A stretch of DNA of 64,000 nt from Caecitellus pseudoparvulus (lineage: Eukaryota > Protista > Bigyra: Bicosoecida): assembly GCA_965644315.1 (NCBI GenBank), contig CBFFRQ010000069.1, positions 1,178,001 through 1,242,000 of the forward strand, in the 5' to 3' direction. The translations under genes and the position numbers were made by a program. This document shows, one piece after another, positions 1-12,000 of the stretch; positions within the stretch are counted from its first letter, which is position 1, and every line of letters begins with the position of its first letter. The notes under the pieces are model-generated. The model was not told the DNA's origin, made no database searches, and saw only the letters and a list, made by a program, of their open reading frames with translations.

Positions 1-3000
1 GTTTCGACAACGGACGGGGTGGAAGAAGTGCAGAGTATCACCGTTGCACACCCAGATGGGGTCTCAGGGACCTTTCAGCTCAAGTTGGCGTCAGAAGTAA
101 CGGTCCCCCTGCGCCACAATGCCAGTGAGGTTGAAGTAGCTGCAGCCTTGAAGCAGATGAAGGCCATCAGTCGAGCAACCGTGCATCGGCAAAGTCTGGA
201 CTCAAACCTTGACGGTGCAGTCGACGGGTACAAGTGGATCCTTCGCATGAGGAGCAGTGATGTCCATCAGACGCCCGATCTTCCCGACCTTGTCGTTGTC
301 AGCAGCTTATCTCCAGCATCAGCGGGAATCAACTCGTGCCCCTCCCAGTGTGTGGATGGCTCGCCACCAGCAGACTACGCAGCTTTGCGGCTGTCGTCAA
401 GGTCCTCAAATCAGCGCCATGAATGTGCCGCCTTTGCCGATGGACTTTTCTCAGGACCTTGCATGGCAGGAGAAAGCACGGTGTTTACTATCATGTCGTC
501 AGTCGCTGACGATGATAGAAGCTCGTACGGTGGCTCATTTGTGCTCTCCTACGGCGGAAAAGAAACACGGCTCCTCTCAGCCACTGCCTCCGCAGCAGAC
601 GTCCAAGCCCAGCTTGCAGACGTGATAGGCACTGACTTTTCCGTTGAAGTCGATCGTTACGAGTACACGCAGACTGGAGCGCCAGAGGTACACCAACAGC
701 AGTGGGGGATCAAGTGGCACGCGAGGATCACGCCTTCCGGAGCCATTGATGTTGAGGACCTCTCTGTGTTGACCCACTCATTCACTGGTGAAGATGCTGC
801 AATTGCTGTGTTCAGGAGCATCTTTGTTGAGACATCAACCGCCCGGGGTCCGCTCAATGGCGCGTTCGTGGTCCGTGCACAGCACGAACAAACAGCCCCC
901 CTGTCTGTTGATGCATCGGCTGAAGCAGTACAAGAAGAAGTGGAGGCGCTGCTGGGTGTCGGAAAGGTCCATGTTGATCGCACTTTAAGCTATCGAGCAA
1001 GTGGGGCACGCGTGGTTGGCAGGCCAGGCGATGGCTTTGTCCGCAGTTCGATGGATGTCTCTTCAAGCGCCTTCCCTGTAAGTCAGGGCTCTCGTTTACT
1101 CATAGCAGGCGATGAATTCTCAGTCTGCCATGATGGTGTTGCAGCGGTGAATCTGGATGCACAGGCAATTCCTCTGTGTGAAGCAGCCAATCCGAACGTG
1201 CAGGCGACGTTCTCGGGCCCAGGAAGCGCCCCACTAGACTTGCTGGTCCACGCAAACGGGTACCAGTGGTGCATCACCCTCATGGTCAGTGTGCACAATG
1301 TGCAGGATTTCTTTGCCATCCCAGGGCCTGGGTTCGCTGGAGTCGGCTCTGTTCTCCGAACTTCAACAGGAGCTGGCCTCCGCCCGTTCACTGTGCACGT
1401 TGGACAGCCTAGCCCAGTGCACACAATCGTGCTGAAGGACCCATTCTTCAACACAGCTACATCTGTAAGCTATCCAGATGTCGGGTTCCGCTTGGAGTTC
1501 GACGGAAGGCAGACAGAGTGCCTGAGGTGGCACAGTGACGACGGGGAAGCGCTGTCAAGCAAGCTGACAGCCGCCATCCAAGACGTTGGCGGAGAACCAC
1601 ACGTGCAAGCTCATGCAGTCAAGCGAGGCTCCGGTCTTGAACCTGACTTTTTTGGCTACACTATCACCGTCTCATACTCCGGAGCTGCAGAGAGTCTAGT
1701 CAGCATCCCCCAGCTATCCGTCACAACTGCAGGGTGCACAGATCCCGCGTACCCTGGAACTGTGCTTGCCGACGAAGCAGTCCTGCACTCAAGGTCCCTC
1801 CCATGGCGCGAGACGTTCTTGTCCCTGGAGCCGGGCCGGGAGTACCAAGTAAGGGTGTCTGCTGAGAACTCCTTCGGCATTGGTGAACCGTCGGACGCTG
1901 TCCACTTCACGACGCCAAACTTGGCCCAGACCCCTGGAGCAGTGCAGGCTGTAAACCTTGTAGATCTTCACACTGGGGACGGGGTGGAGGTCTTCTTTAA
2001 GGCCCCACGCGAGGACGGTGGAGACCCCATTCTCAAGTACTCTGTCGAGATCGACACCCTTCCAACGTTCACAGGCACAGCGTACCGGAAGGTGGACGTC
2101 GCTTCCGTCCCTGAGGAGCAGGAAGTGACCCTGAACTTTGCCTCAGACTCGTCGCGAGGGGGATTTTTCGTCCTTGGCCTAGGAATCAAGCGCACTGACC
2201 GCTTGCCATGGAATGCCCACGCGCGACAGATCGCAAACTCGCTTGCCAGGGCCTTGGGCGCGTACAGCCAAGCATACGAGCCCATCGAAGTCAACCGCGC
2301 GCCTTACGAGAACGGCTTTAAGTGGTTCATTACGTTCAACGGTCTCTCGGGGGATGTGGGTACCCTGCAGGCAGATTCGAGTGGCCTTCTGGGTGTCAAG
2401 CCAACAGTTACGACAAACGAAGTCCTGAAGGGGCGCGCAGATATTGTCCCGGGAAGTTTCTCCTTCGAAGAGCAGCTCATCTCCATTGAGGCATTAAGTC
2501 CACTGAGCGGTACCTTCACTCTTGACTTTGAGGACGAACAGACGGAACCCATAAGTGTTGGGGCCTCTGCAGCGGATCTCGCAGCTGCCTTGGACGGCCT
2601 CTCAAGCATCCACACTGTGTCAGTCTCTGCGGTTCCAGCACTGGCTTACAGCGAGTTTGGAGCGCACCCATCACACCCAGCTGCAACACACTCTGAAGTT
2701 GCATCCCCTGCCCGAGCATCTGCCTGGATGGTTACCTTCACCCACATGGTGCATGAGCGCTACCAAGGAGCAGGGAACATTGGGATGCTGCGCATGAACG
2801 CGTCATTGACCTTGGGAACCGCACTTCGAGCCTCAGTGACCGAGTTCAAGCGAGGAACAGAACCCCTTCGGCTGGTGCTCTCAGGCCTTTCCGCTGGTGT
2901 TTCGTACTTCGCACGAGTCACAGCTTACAACAGCCGTGGGCACGGACTGCCCAGCTCGGTTGTCTCTGAGACCCCGACCTCACAACCTGGCCCTCCAGAG

Positions 3001-6000
3001 CATGTTTCTGTGGCTGTCTCCAACGCAGACAGTCTCGATATCTCCTGGAAGGCCCCTCAGAGTTTTGGGGGGGAACCTTTGTCGAGTTTCTCTGTCCAGT
3101 GGTATGCGGAGCCTCCAGTCCGCCCCGTGCAGACCGTCAGCGTCTCCGCCAGCTCGGGTGTGCCCGATGTGCAACACATTCAGACGCTTGCAGATGCGGA
3201 TGACATTCAAGGCGCCTTCCGAGTCATGATGGGAAACAGCACAAGCGAAGACATTCCTCATGACGCCTCAGCGGCGCAAGTCAAGCAAGCATTGTTGCGC
3301 ATGCCATCTGTGAACGCTGTCGAGGTCTCCAGGGCTCCGTCATGGATCCGGATTCCAGGCACGTTCAGGCTTGAACAAGGAGGAAGCTCTGTAACAGTGT
3401 CAGATGGAGGAACAGCAGCGCTTCTGCCCCTTCAACTCACGCCTGGCACAGACTTGCGTGTCGGAACGGCAGAGCAGTTCACAGAGCCCGCCGACTTGCC
3501 GGCCTTCAGAGTGTGTTCGTCATGTGGGGCGCCAACCACGGCGGGCTTCACATTGGCAGACGCCCGCCTCAGTGGATCATCCACGGCTGCCACGTGGGAG
3601 GGCGAAACCTTTGAGTACTATGTGCTCTACAAGCCGGGACACGGGTATGTGTGGTCGGTCACCTTTTCCGAGACGGGGCATGTCGGGAGACAAGAACGCT
3701 TAGTCGCAGAGCCTGGGACAGGATTCATTGGCACGAACGTAGCTCTCCAAAGCCGAAGTAAGCGAGCTGGGGAGAGTGCACTATCGGGGGTCTTTAGACT
3801 GTCCAAGGGTGGGGCCACGACCGCCCCGATCCCTCATGACGCAACAGCTGAGCAGGTGAAGTCAGCGCTGACGGCACTGCCAACTGTTTCCACAGTGGAT
3901 GTGTCACGAATCCAAAATGGGCACGGCTTTGATTGGATTGTCACGTTCACGTCGGACATCGGGCCCCTTCCCGTGATGACGATGCACGACGCTTCCTTGT
4001 TGGGCCCTGATGCGAGAGGGTACGTCACAATGACGCGACAAGGAAGTGCTCCAGGGGGGTATGGGCATCGAGAAGTGCCTGTGCAAATGTCCCAACCAGA
4101 TAGAACGTACTCGTACACAGCGACCGGCTTGCAGACAGGCTTGCGCTACACAGTCCAGGTTGCGGCAGCCAACGCTCACAATGGGCTCGGTGCAGCCACG
4201 GAAGTTACCGAAAGCACACAGGAGACTCCGAGAACGGCACCAGGGGCGCCGTCAGTCGTTGGTCTGTATGTCTTGTCAGACTCATCCCTCAAGTTGGTGT
4301 GGTCGTATCCCGATGACGGTGGGGCGATATGCAGTCGATACGAAGTGCAGTGGAGCAAGTCAAGCTCATTCTCCGGAGGCCTTGGCCAAGTCGGCTCCCT
4401 TATCTATGAAGATCATGCAGTATCTCTGCCTGTCACGTCGCGCCAGTTCTTCCAGAACTTGGCGCTCCTGGATGCTGGAGTGCAGTACTACGTGAGGGTT
4501 CGAGCGCAGAACGACATGGGCTTCGGCGCCTGGTCAGCAATTGTCTCTGCGATGCCAGGTGTTCAAAGGCCCGGCGCACCATTGAATCTCACTGTAACTG
4601 TCATCAGCGGGGTACAACTCTTAGTGGCATGGGAGCCGCCCTCGCAGGATTTGCTAGTCTATGGAGGCAATGGCGGCCTGCCTGTCGAGCGCTACCTCAT
4701 CGAGTGGGACAGCCCCTTGTTCTCCTTGGTGGCCTCACCCGCAGCTGGCTCATTTGAGCTGGAAGATGGCAGCGCAACGTCGTACATCATCGGTCATCGA
4801 GATTCCATCACTGGGTATGAAGATGGAACCTTGGAAAGAGGCCAACAGTACTCCGTGAGAGTGGCTGCGTGGTCAGCGGCAGGCTACGGAGACTACGGAA
4901 TGCCTGCCAGCGGACCTGTTACATTGACAGATCAACCACCCAGTGTCATTCGCGAAATGCGAGTACAGGCTGTGGGTCAATCATCGCTGACAAGTGCTTG
5001 GGCACTGCCGCGGTTCGACGGTGGTCGCACGCTTCAGTCTGTCGTTGTCGAGACTGACTCATCTGAAGGCTTTGGTGCGCCTCGCCAAGATGAAATTCCA
5101 TTCGTGTTTGAGAAGCAAGCCGTTACTCTCAAGTCTAGCACCTCTGTTGAGGTGCAGCACGTGGACGTGCTTGTCGACGTAACAAACGAAGTGCAAACAA
5201 TCACTTCCACCGTTCATGGAGCCGATGAAGTGCAGACAATAGCCTTCGAGTCACGCCCAGTGGTCGCACACGTTGACACTGTCACTACATCGACCGTGGA
5301 TGTGAATGAAGTGCAGCGGATTACGGCCGGTGGGATCGCCGCACCAGAAGAGCAAGTCATCACCACGACCACACCCAACGCTGGAAACCCTGTTAGAGAG
5401 GTGCAGGTCATCAAAACCAGCTCCGTGGACATTGACGAAGTGCACTTCATCGAGCTGTGGGATGACAATGCGGAGACCCAGGCTAGTCAGACTGTGCATG
5501 TTCTGTCAGCGAGCCATGCAACCACCCCAGCTGGTCTAGATGCCCAAACATTTACCATCAACTGTGGATTGACTGCCGCTGACAAAGTTACATTCGAGAT
5601 GGATACCGATAGCAGCTACGTCCATGGATCCACTGCGTCGTACGTCCACGTTACGATCACCAACCTCACCACCCATGGAATAGCCTGGGAGCTATCAAGT
5701 GCCCTCTCCCTGCACTACGCTTCTGCGCCTTCAAACCAGGGTGCCATTCTACCACCAGGACTTGCTGGGAATGTTTTGACGGTGACGTGCCGTGACGCGC
5801 GCGAAGCTGGCCCTGTTGACGATGTGGCTATCGCCAACGTGTTTTCTTCCCTCGGGAGCCACTCTCGCGGCTCAGATGATCGCCACTTGGACCGAAACGT
5901 TACGTTCTCACTTTCAGTTGACCTCTCTCGATGCACACTGTGCACGTGTAGCCCGTTGTGCTACGTTGGGGGTGCCCAAGCACACGCAGACATGTCTGGG

Positions 6001-9000
6001 GCAGAGATGCAGACAGTCCTTGACAGCTTGAGCCCGTTGACAGGGCAGGTGACAGTGACCCGCGAGGACAACGGCACGAATGCTAACTACCGCCGTTGGC
6101 ATGTGACGTTTGATGGCGCTGCAGTGAACGGTGATATCCCAAGTGCCACGAATTCCAGGCAGAATGCCGTACACATGCACGATGCTGTCCTGGCCAACGC
6201 AGATGGATTCAGCGGCGGCGATGCGACCCGTTGGGGTGCAGTTAGCGAAGGAAACGAGATAAACGCAGGGAGGTTTGTTGTGTCCTACACCGACTTTTAC
6301 ACGGGTGTGACGGAGTCTCTCTCCGTGGGGGGAGTATTGCATGACGCCCCTGGCTCTGCCCTGGAAGGGGCACTCAGCCTTCAAGAGCGACTGCAAACCC
6401 TGAGCAAGATCAACGCCGTCTCAGTTTCTCGCTCTGTACCAGATGCAGCAGGTGGCTATGAGTGGACCATCACCTTCTCCGGGAATGACGGGGATCTCCA
6501 CGCGTTGGAAGTTCACAGCATGAGCGCAGACCCGCTAGGAACCTCGACTGGGGCACTTGTGTCTGTGGAGGTATGCCCCAACTCAACTGCATGCAGAAAC
6601 GGAGAGTTCATTGACCCAGCGAGCACTTGGACAATCAGCATTCCTGGGTTTACATCATCGATGGCTCCGCTGCGCGCCAATGCGACACAGCTCGAGGTCG
6701 CAGCGTACATTCACGGCATGCAAGACGTGAACGGCGCTCCTCACCCAGCTGTGAACGTTGGCCGCCCGGTGCAAGTGCCGCCGTACGGAATGGGGTGGAC
6801 AGGTGGATTTGAATTTAGGGTTCAGTTTGTTGGCATTCCAGGTGACATCCCTGAGGTGCTGGTCAACGACTCTGGGCTACATGGGGTGCCAGAGCGCGAA
6901 GGACACCTTCACAGGTCTGCCTCGGCATCTGTACACACTGAGGCACATGGAAACACTGTCCAAGGATGGTTCAAGCTCCAGCACCGTGGATCTGTAACGC
7001 CTGCGATTGATTTGCTCGCAGGGGTCTCGCCCTCAGCGCCAAGGCAGTGGCCTGACCCCACTGCCGTTGCCACACAAATCAAGGCAGCGCTGGAGTCACT
7101 CAGCAGCATTGACGAGGTCACTGTTTCAGTGGATGAGACGGTACATGGCACTGGACCGTACATTCCCAATGCTGTGGGCGGTTTCTCCTGGCTTGTCACG
7201 TTCACTGACTCCCTTAATGGGGGTAACGTCGAGCAGCTGACGGTTGCAATGGCGTGTGATGGAACGACGTCACCGGCAGCCCCTGGGACCTTGGCCTGCC
7301 TACAGCTTCGCTCACCTCGATCAGGAGGAGAAGTAAGCTTGGATCTGGACACAGCCGTGGAAGGGAACCAGCTGGATGGCTCCTTCAAATTGTCCATTGG
7401 GGGCTTCACGACGGGGGAACTTGCCTACGATGTGAGCGCGGCCGAGCTTGAGGCCGCCCTCGAGCTCTTGCACAGCACCGGGCCCATCACTGTGACCAGG
7501 CACCTCCCATCTGGTGTGCCTTCTGTTCAAGAGAACGAAAAGCAAGAATTTGTGTGGAAGATCACCTTCTCAAGCGATACCCACACGGGGGTGGACTCAG
7601 CAAGCGATTGGGCAAGTGGATACTCCAAATCATGGGGCAAGAACATTGGCCGTTCTTTGACTCCGTTGCTTTCCTGTGACGCAAGCACGCTGGAAGATAG
7701 CAACAAAGATGTCTCTAGCCACGCTTGCGTCACAGGGGTGGATGAACCTGGTGTTTCCCCTGTAAACGGCTTCTTCCGCCTGCACTTGGATACACTCACA
7801 AGCTGCGCCGCCCCTGGCTCACCCTACGCGTGCACCGACGAGGAAACTGGTGATATCCGCCATGATGCACAGGCATCTCGAGCAGATGCCGCTGCCCTTG
7901 GTTTGGATCCAGAGACGAGCGTGGAAGCAGCACTGGAAGCGTTGTCCAATGTCGGTGACGTTGCCGTGACTAGGCGGGCTGCTTCCTCTCCGTTCACAGG
8001 AGCATACGAGTGGTCTGTCACATTCCTGCGAGATGGATCATCTCCAATGTGCTTGGAGGGCGTCCCTGCAGCATGCCCATCCCCAGGCGATGTCCCACTG
8101 CTGTCCATTGCGAATGCTGGCGCAGGCCTCCCCATCTTGTCTGCCGAAGGCGACCCTTCCTTCAACACCACTGTGTCTGAAACCACGAAAGGAAACGTCA
8201 TCGCAGGGAACTGGTCGGTGCGCACGGCTTCTGGATATGCCTTGCCGCTCCTGAGCTTTGACGTGACAGCGGATACACTGCGACAACGCCTGGCAGAGAG
8301 CCCAGATCATCCAACGCTGCTGGTATCCCGCCAGCGCACGAGCAAATTCCGGACGTATCAGTGGAGAGTCACATTCGTAGAGAACCAAGGATTCATCCCA
8401 ACTGGTGCAGGGGATATTCCAAACATGCTGATGAATGCGTCCTTGCTTACAGACGGAGACGGAGTGTCGGGCTCCGCCAACATGCACGTTGCACAGGCGG
8501 TGCAAGGTTCCGAGCCTTTGGGGGGGCGCTTCAGCATCGACATGATGGGATCAAACACAGGACCTCGGGATGTAGTCTTCAGCATCAGCGAATCCAGGCT
8601 GGAACTCGAGCTGGAGTCCTTGAACAACGTTGTTGATGTCGCAGTGCGAAGCAACCGATCCTTTGGGGCAGGCTGGGCAGGACAGCATGTGGCCCCGCAT
8701 GGCCAACCTGGAGGACTGCGGTTCACTGTATCTTTCCTCAAAAACGCAGGCACTACTGAAGGGTTTACCTTTCCTCCTGGATCTGGCAACAGGGACGCGC
8801 TGACGCCTTCATTCTCGGGCCTGAGCGGAACCAACTGCCGAGTCGTAGTTTCCACACACCAGGACGGTGCCGAGCCCCTCCACGGCACATTCTCACTGTC
8901 TGTTGCCTCCCAAGCAGTGACACTTCCCTATGACGCCTCTCAGACCAGCGTGGCCACAGCGCTGTCATCTCTCACTTCGACAGGTCAAGTGTCTTCCAGC

Positions 9001-12000
9001 AGGCACCTGTACTACGGCAGCCTGCTCGGTAACGTTCACATTCAAAGCCCGGGGGCTGCAGTCCTCGAGGGGGAGAGAGGTGTTGACTTTGCGTCCATCC
9101 TTGCGGTTGGTGACAAGATTCGAGTCGGGGGGCCGCCATTGCAAGCATCCTCGGCTGATGGTGAAGTGTGGCTCGGCAAAGCCATAACAGTCGGTGGATC
9201 GCCTGTGCTGACGATGGTTGAAGGCTTCAGACAGCATCTTTTTGTGGGTGCAACATTGCGCATTGGAACTTTGGTGGCCAATGTCACGGATTTGCTGGCT
9301 GCTGAGCAGACCATCCAGGTTGTCTCGCCAAACCTGCCACTTGACTCTGACCCTGGGGCGTTCAAGCTCGTATACGTGCGTCCGAGTGGGGAACTTCGCT
9401 CCTCAGCATGCTTGTCTCTTGCTGCAAGTGCTGCAGAGATGAGGAACGCCCTCTCTTCGCTTGTCAGCGACCCCCACGTTCATGTAGCTCGCGCAGGAAA
9501 CGGCTCTGCTGGGGTGGGATTCTCCTGGGCAGTGACATTCAAAGGACTCAACGACGTTGCCTCTGTCCGCAACGCATTCAATGGGTCACCCAGCGTTGTC
9601 ACTGTTGATGTGCACAATGACGCTGGAGTTTCAGCATCAGTTGAATGTCCAGCCGCTGCTGCTGGCGACCTGATCTTCTCTTCAAGCATGATCAAGAATG
9701 GCTCAGCAGCAGAAGTGACCCTCAGCGCACCGGCTGCTTCCTCGTCAACGTCCCCTGTAGAAGTGTTTTACCAAGCTGAAGTGTTCAGTGTTGTATCTGC
9801 GACGAAAGAGCAGCAAGAGGTTTGGATGTCAGCCGGTTCCTCTGGCTCTTTCGGGCTGTCTGTGGGAGCTAGTAGCACTGGGTGCTTCAATGCTTCCATT
9901 GATGAAAGCCAAGCGCTTGAGGTAGCCCTGCGGTCAATGGGGCTTGATGCCATGGTGGCCTTCACCAGACACCGTGGCACCCTTGAAACAGTCTACCGAA
10001 TAGCCTTTTCGGCGCCAGGGGACCAAGTGGACATGACACTCGATATGAGTTGCAGCTTCACTGGTGAAGCCCGAATCAGTGTCCCACAGCAGGGCACAAG
10101 TGGCGAAGTGTTCGAGCATCATGCAGCGAACGGCACATCATTGATTCCCATACACAAGGGCACCTTGAGTCCGGTTGGGCTGTATCCCGTGTACAAGGTG
10201 AACGGCTGGACTCACGTGGTACACTTCGAAACACATCTGGGGGATGTGGAAGGGATGGGAGCAACGTCGCAGCTAGAGGGCTCAGATGCAAGCGTACAAG
10301 TGCACGATGACTTCATTCAAGGGTTCGCACCCCTGTCCTTTACGACACAGCCCTTGCTTAGTGGCATCGACTACCATGTGCGGGCATCTGCCAAGAGCGC
10401 GATCGGTGTGAGTGCATGGAGTGCAACAGCCACTGGCATGCCAAGCGCGCCTCCTTCGGAACCCACATCCCTTGTTGTTGCCCCTTTGACGCGAGTGTAT
10501 GAGGTGCAGAGTGTGACAACCGCAGCAAGGCACCTGGACGAAGTGCAAAGCATTCGCACGCGTGCCGCTGAGGTTCCCGCGAGACAAGCCATCGTGACAA
10601 GCGCACCGGACTCTGGCACACTGTCAGGGGTGGTCCTTGTTTCGCTTGAAGGCGAGAGCATGACATTTGCCCACAATGCTAGTGCTGCGGAAGTGAAGCA
10701 GGTCTTGGAGGCCTTCTCTGCAGTGAATCGGGTGTCCGTTACTCGCAACGGGCAGACGGCCGAGGGCGGGTTCCAGTGGACGGTCGAGTTTCACAACACA
10801 TCACTGCCTGACCCGCTGCCGTTGGTGGGTTGCAACGCCTCGCACCTGCATTCCAGCGTCGGAGAAGCACGGTGCATTTCAAGAATGGAGCGGCCGAAGA
10901 ACGTGCTGGGGGGGACATTCTACCTCCGCTTGGGGCACCACTCCACTGCTAATCTGGCACATAGTGCCAGTGCCGGAGACGTGCGCAGGGCTGTTGAGGC
11001 CTTGCTTAACCCCCAAGAGGCAGACGTTGCTGTTTCCAAGCTGGGGCCTGACGCACAGGGCGGATGCGAGTGGCGCGTCACGTTCAAGGCACTGAAAGGA
11101 GACGTGCCAGAGCTTGTGCCTGTCAGCTCGCTAACCGGCGTCAGAGCCGAGGTCACAGTGGCCGAGGTGCAAAAGGGAAACCAACTGGAAGGCCACTTCA
11201 CCTTGTCTTTCGGCGGACGGACGACTGACGCCCTGCCCTTTGACGTGTCGGCCACTGCCTTGCAAACCGCGCTGAACATGTTGCCATCCGTTGACTTCGT
11301 CTCTGTCCAGCGGAATGTGCTCCAAGACGAGCAAGATGGGTGCACGTGGCAAGTGACTTTCATGCAGAAAGGGGATTTGCCGCTGCTGGGCTCTTCTGCT
11401 GCAGGTCTGACTGGTGAGGGTGCAGCGGTGCTCGTGCAGGAGCAAAGGAAGGGTGCCATTGAATCTGGATCGGCGCTTTCCGTGTCCTTCTCGCCTCCTG
11501 TTAACACTGGTGGGCGAGCGGTAACAGCGTACACTGTTGAATGGGACACAACTCCGACGTTTTCATCTCCGGACGCAGGGAGTATGCACGTCGCCGAAGC
11601 TGACCTGCTGCACCAGTACCAGAGTGTCACCCTTTCTGCTGACGCTGCCTCCTACTCCGGAACTTTCCAGCTGCAGTACAACGGCTCCACCACTGAGCCT
11701 CTTCCGTTCTGGGCCGATGCAGCGGAGGTCCGCGATGCTCTTGAAGCCCTTCCCAGCATCCATGCAGTGGCAGTTGACACAGACGACGGGAAGACCCCTG
11801 TCGGAACAGGCTCTCTCGACGCAAGTCCAGCCGAGTCGGTCCTTCTCGCCCATGACTTAGCCGCGCAATTCTCTGTCGGTGACTTGATTTGGGTGGGGCA
11901 TGAGAAGCTTCGGGTGAGGGCAAGCAGCTCAGCTGGCGCTCTTACCCGGGTGTACTTTGGCACCTACAATGACCACACTGTCGTTGACTATGCTGAATCA

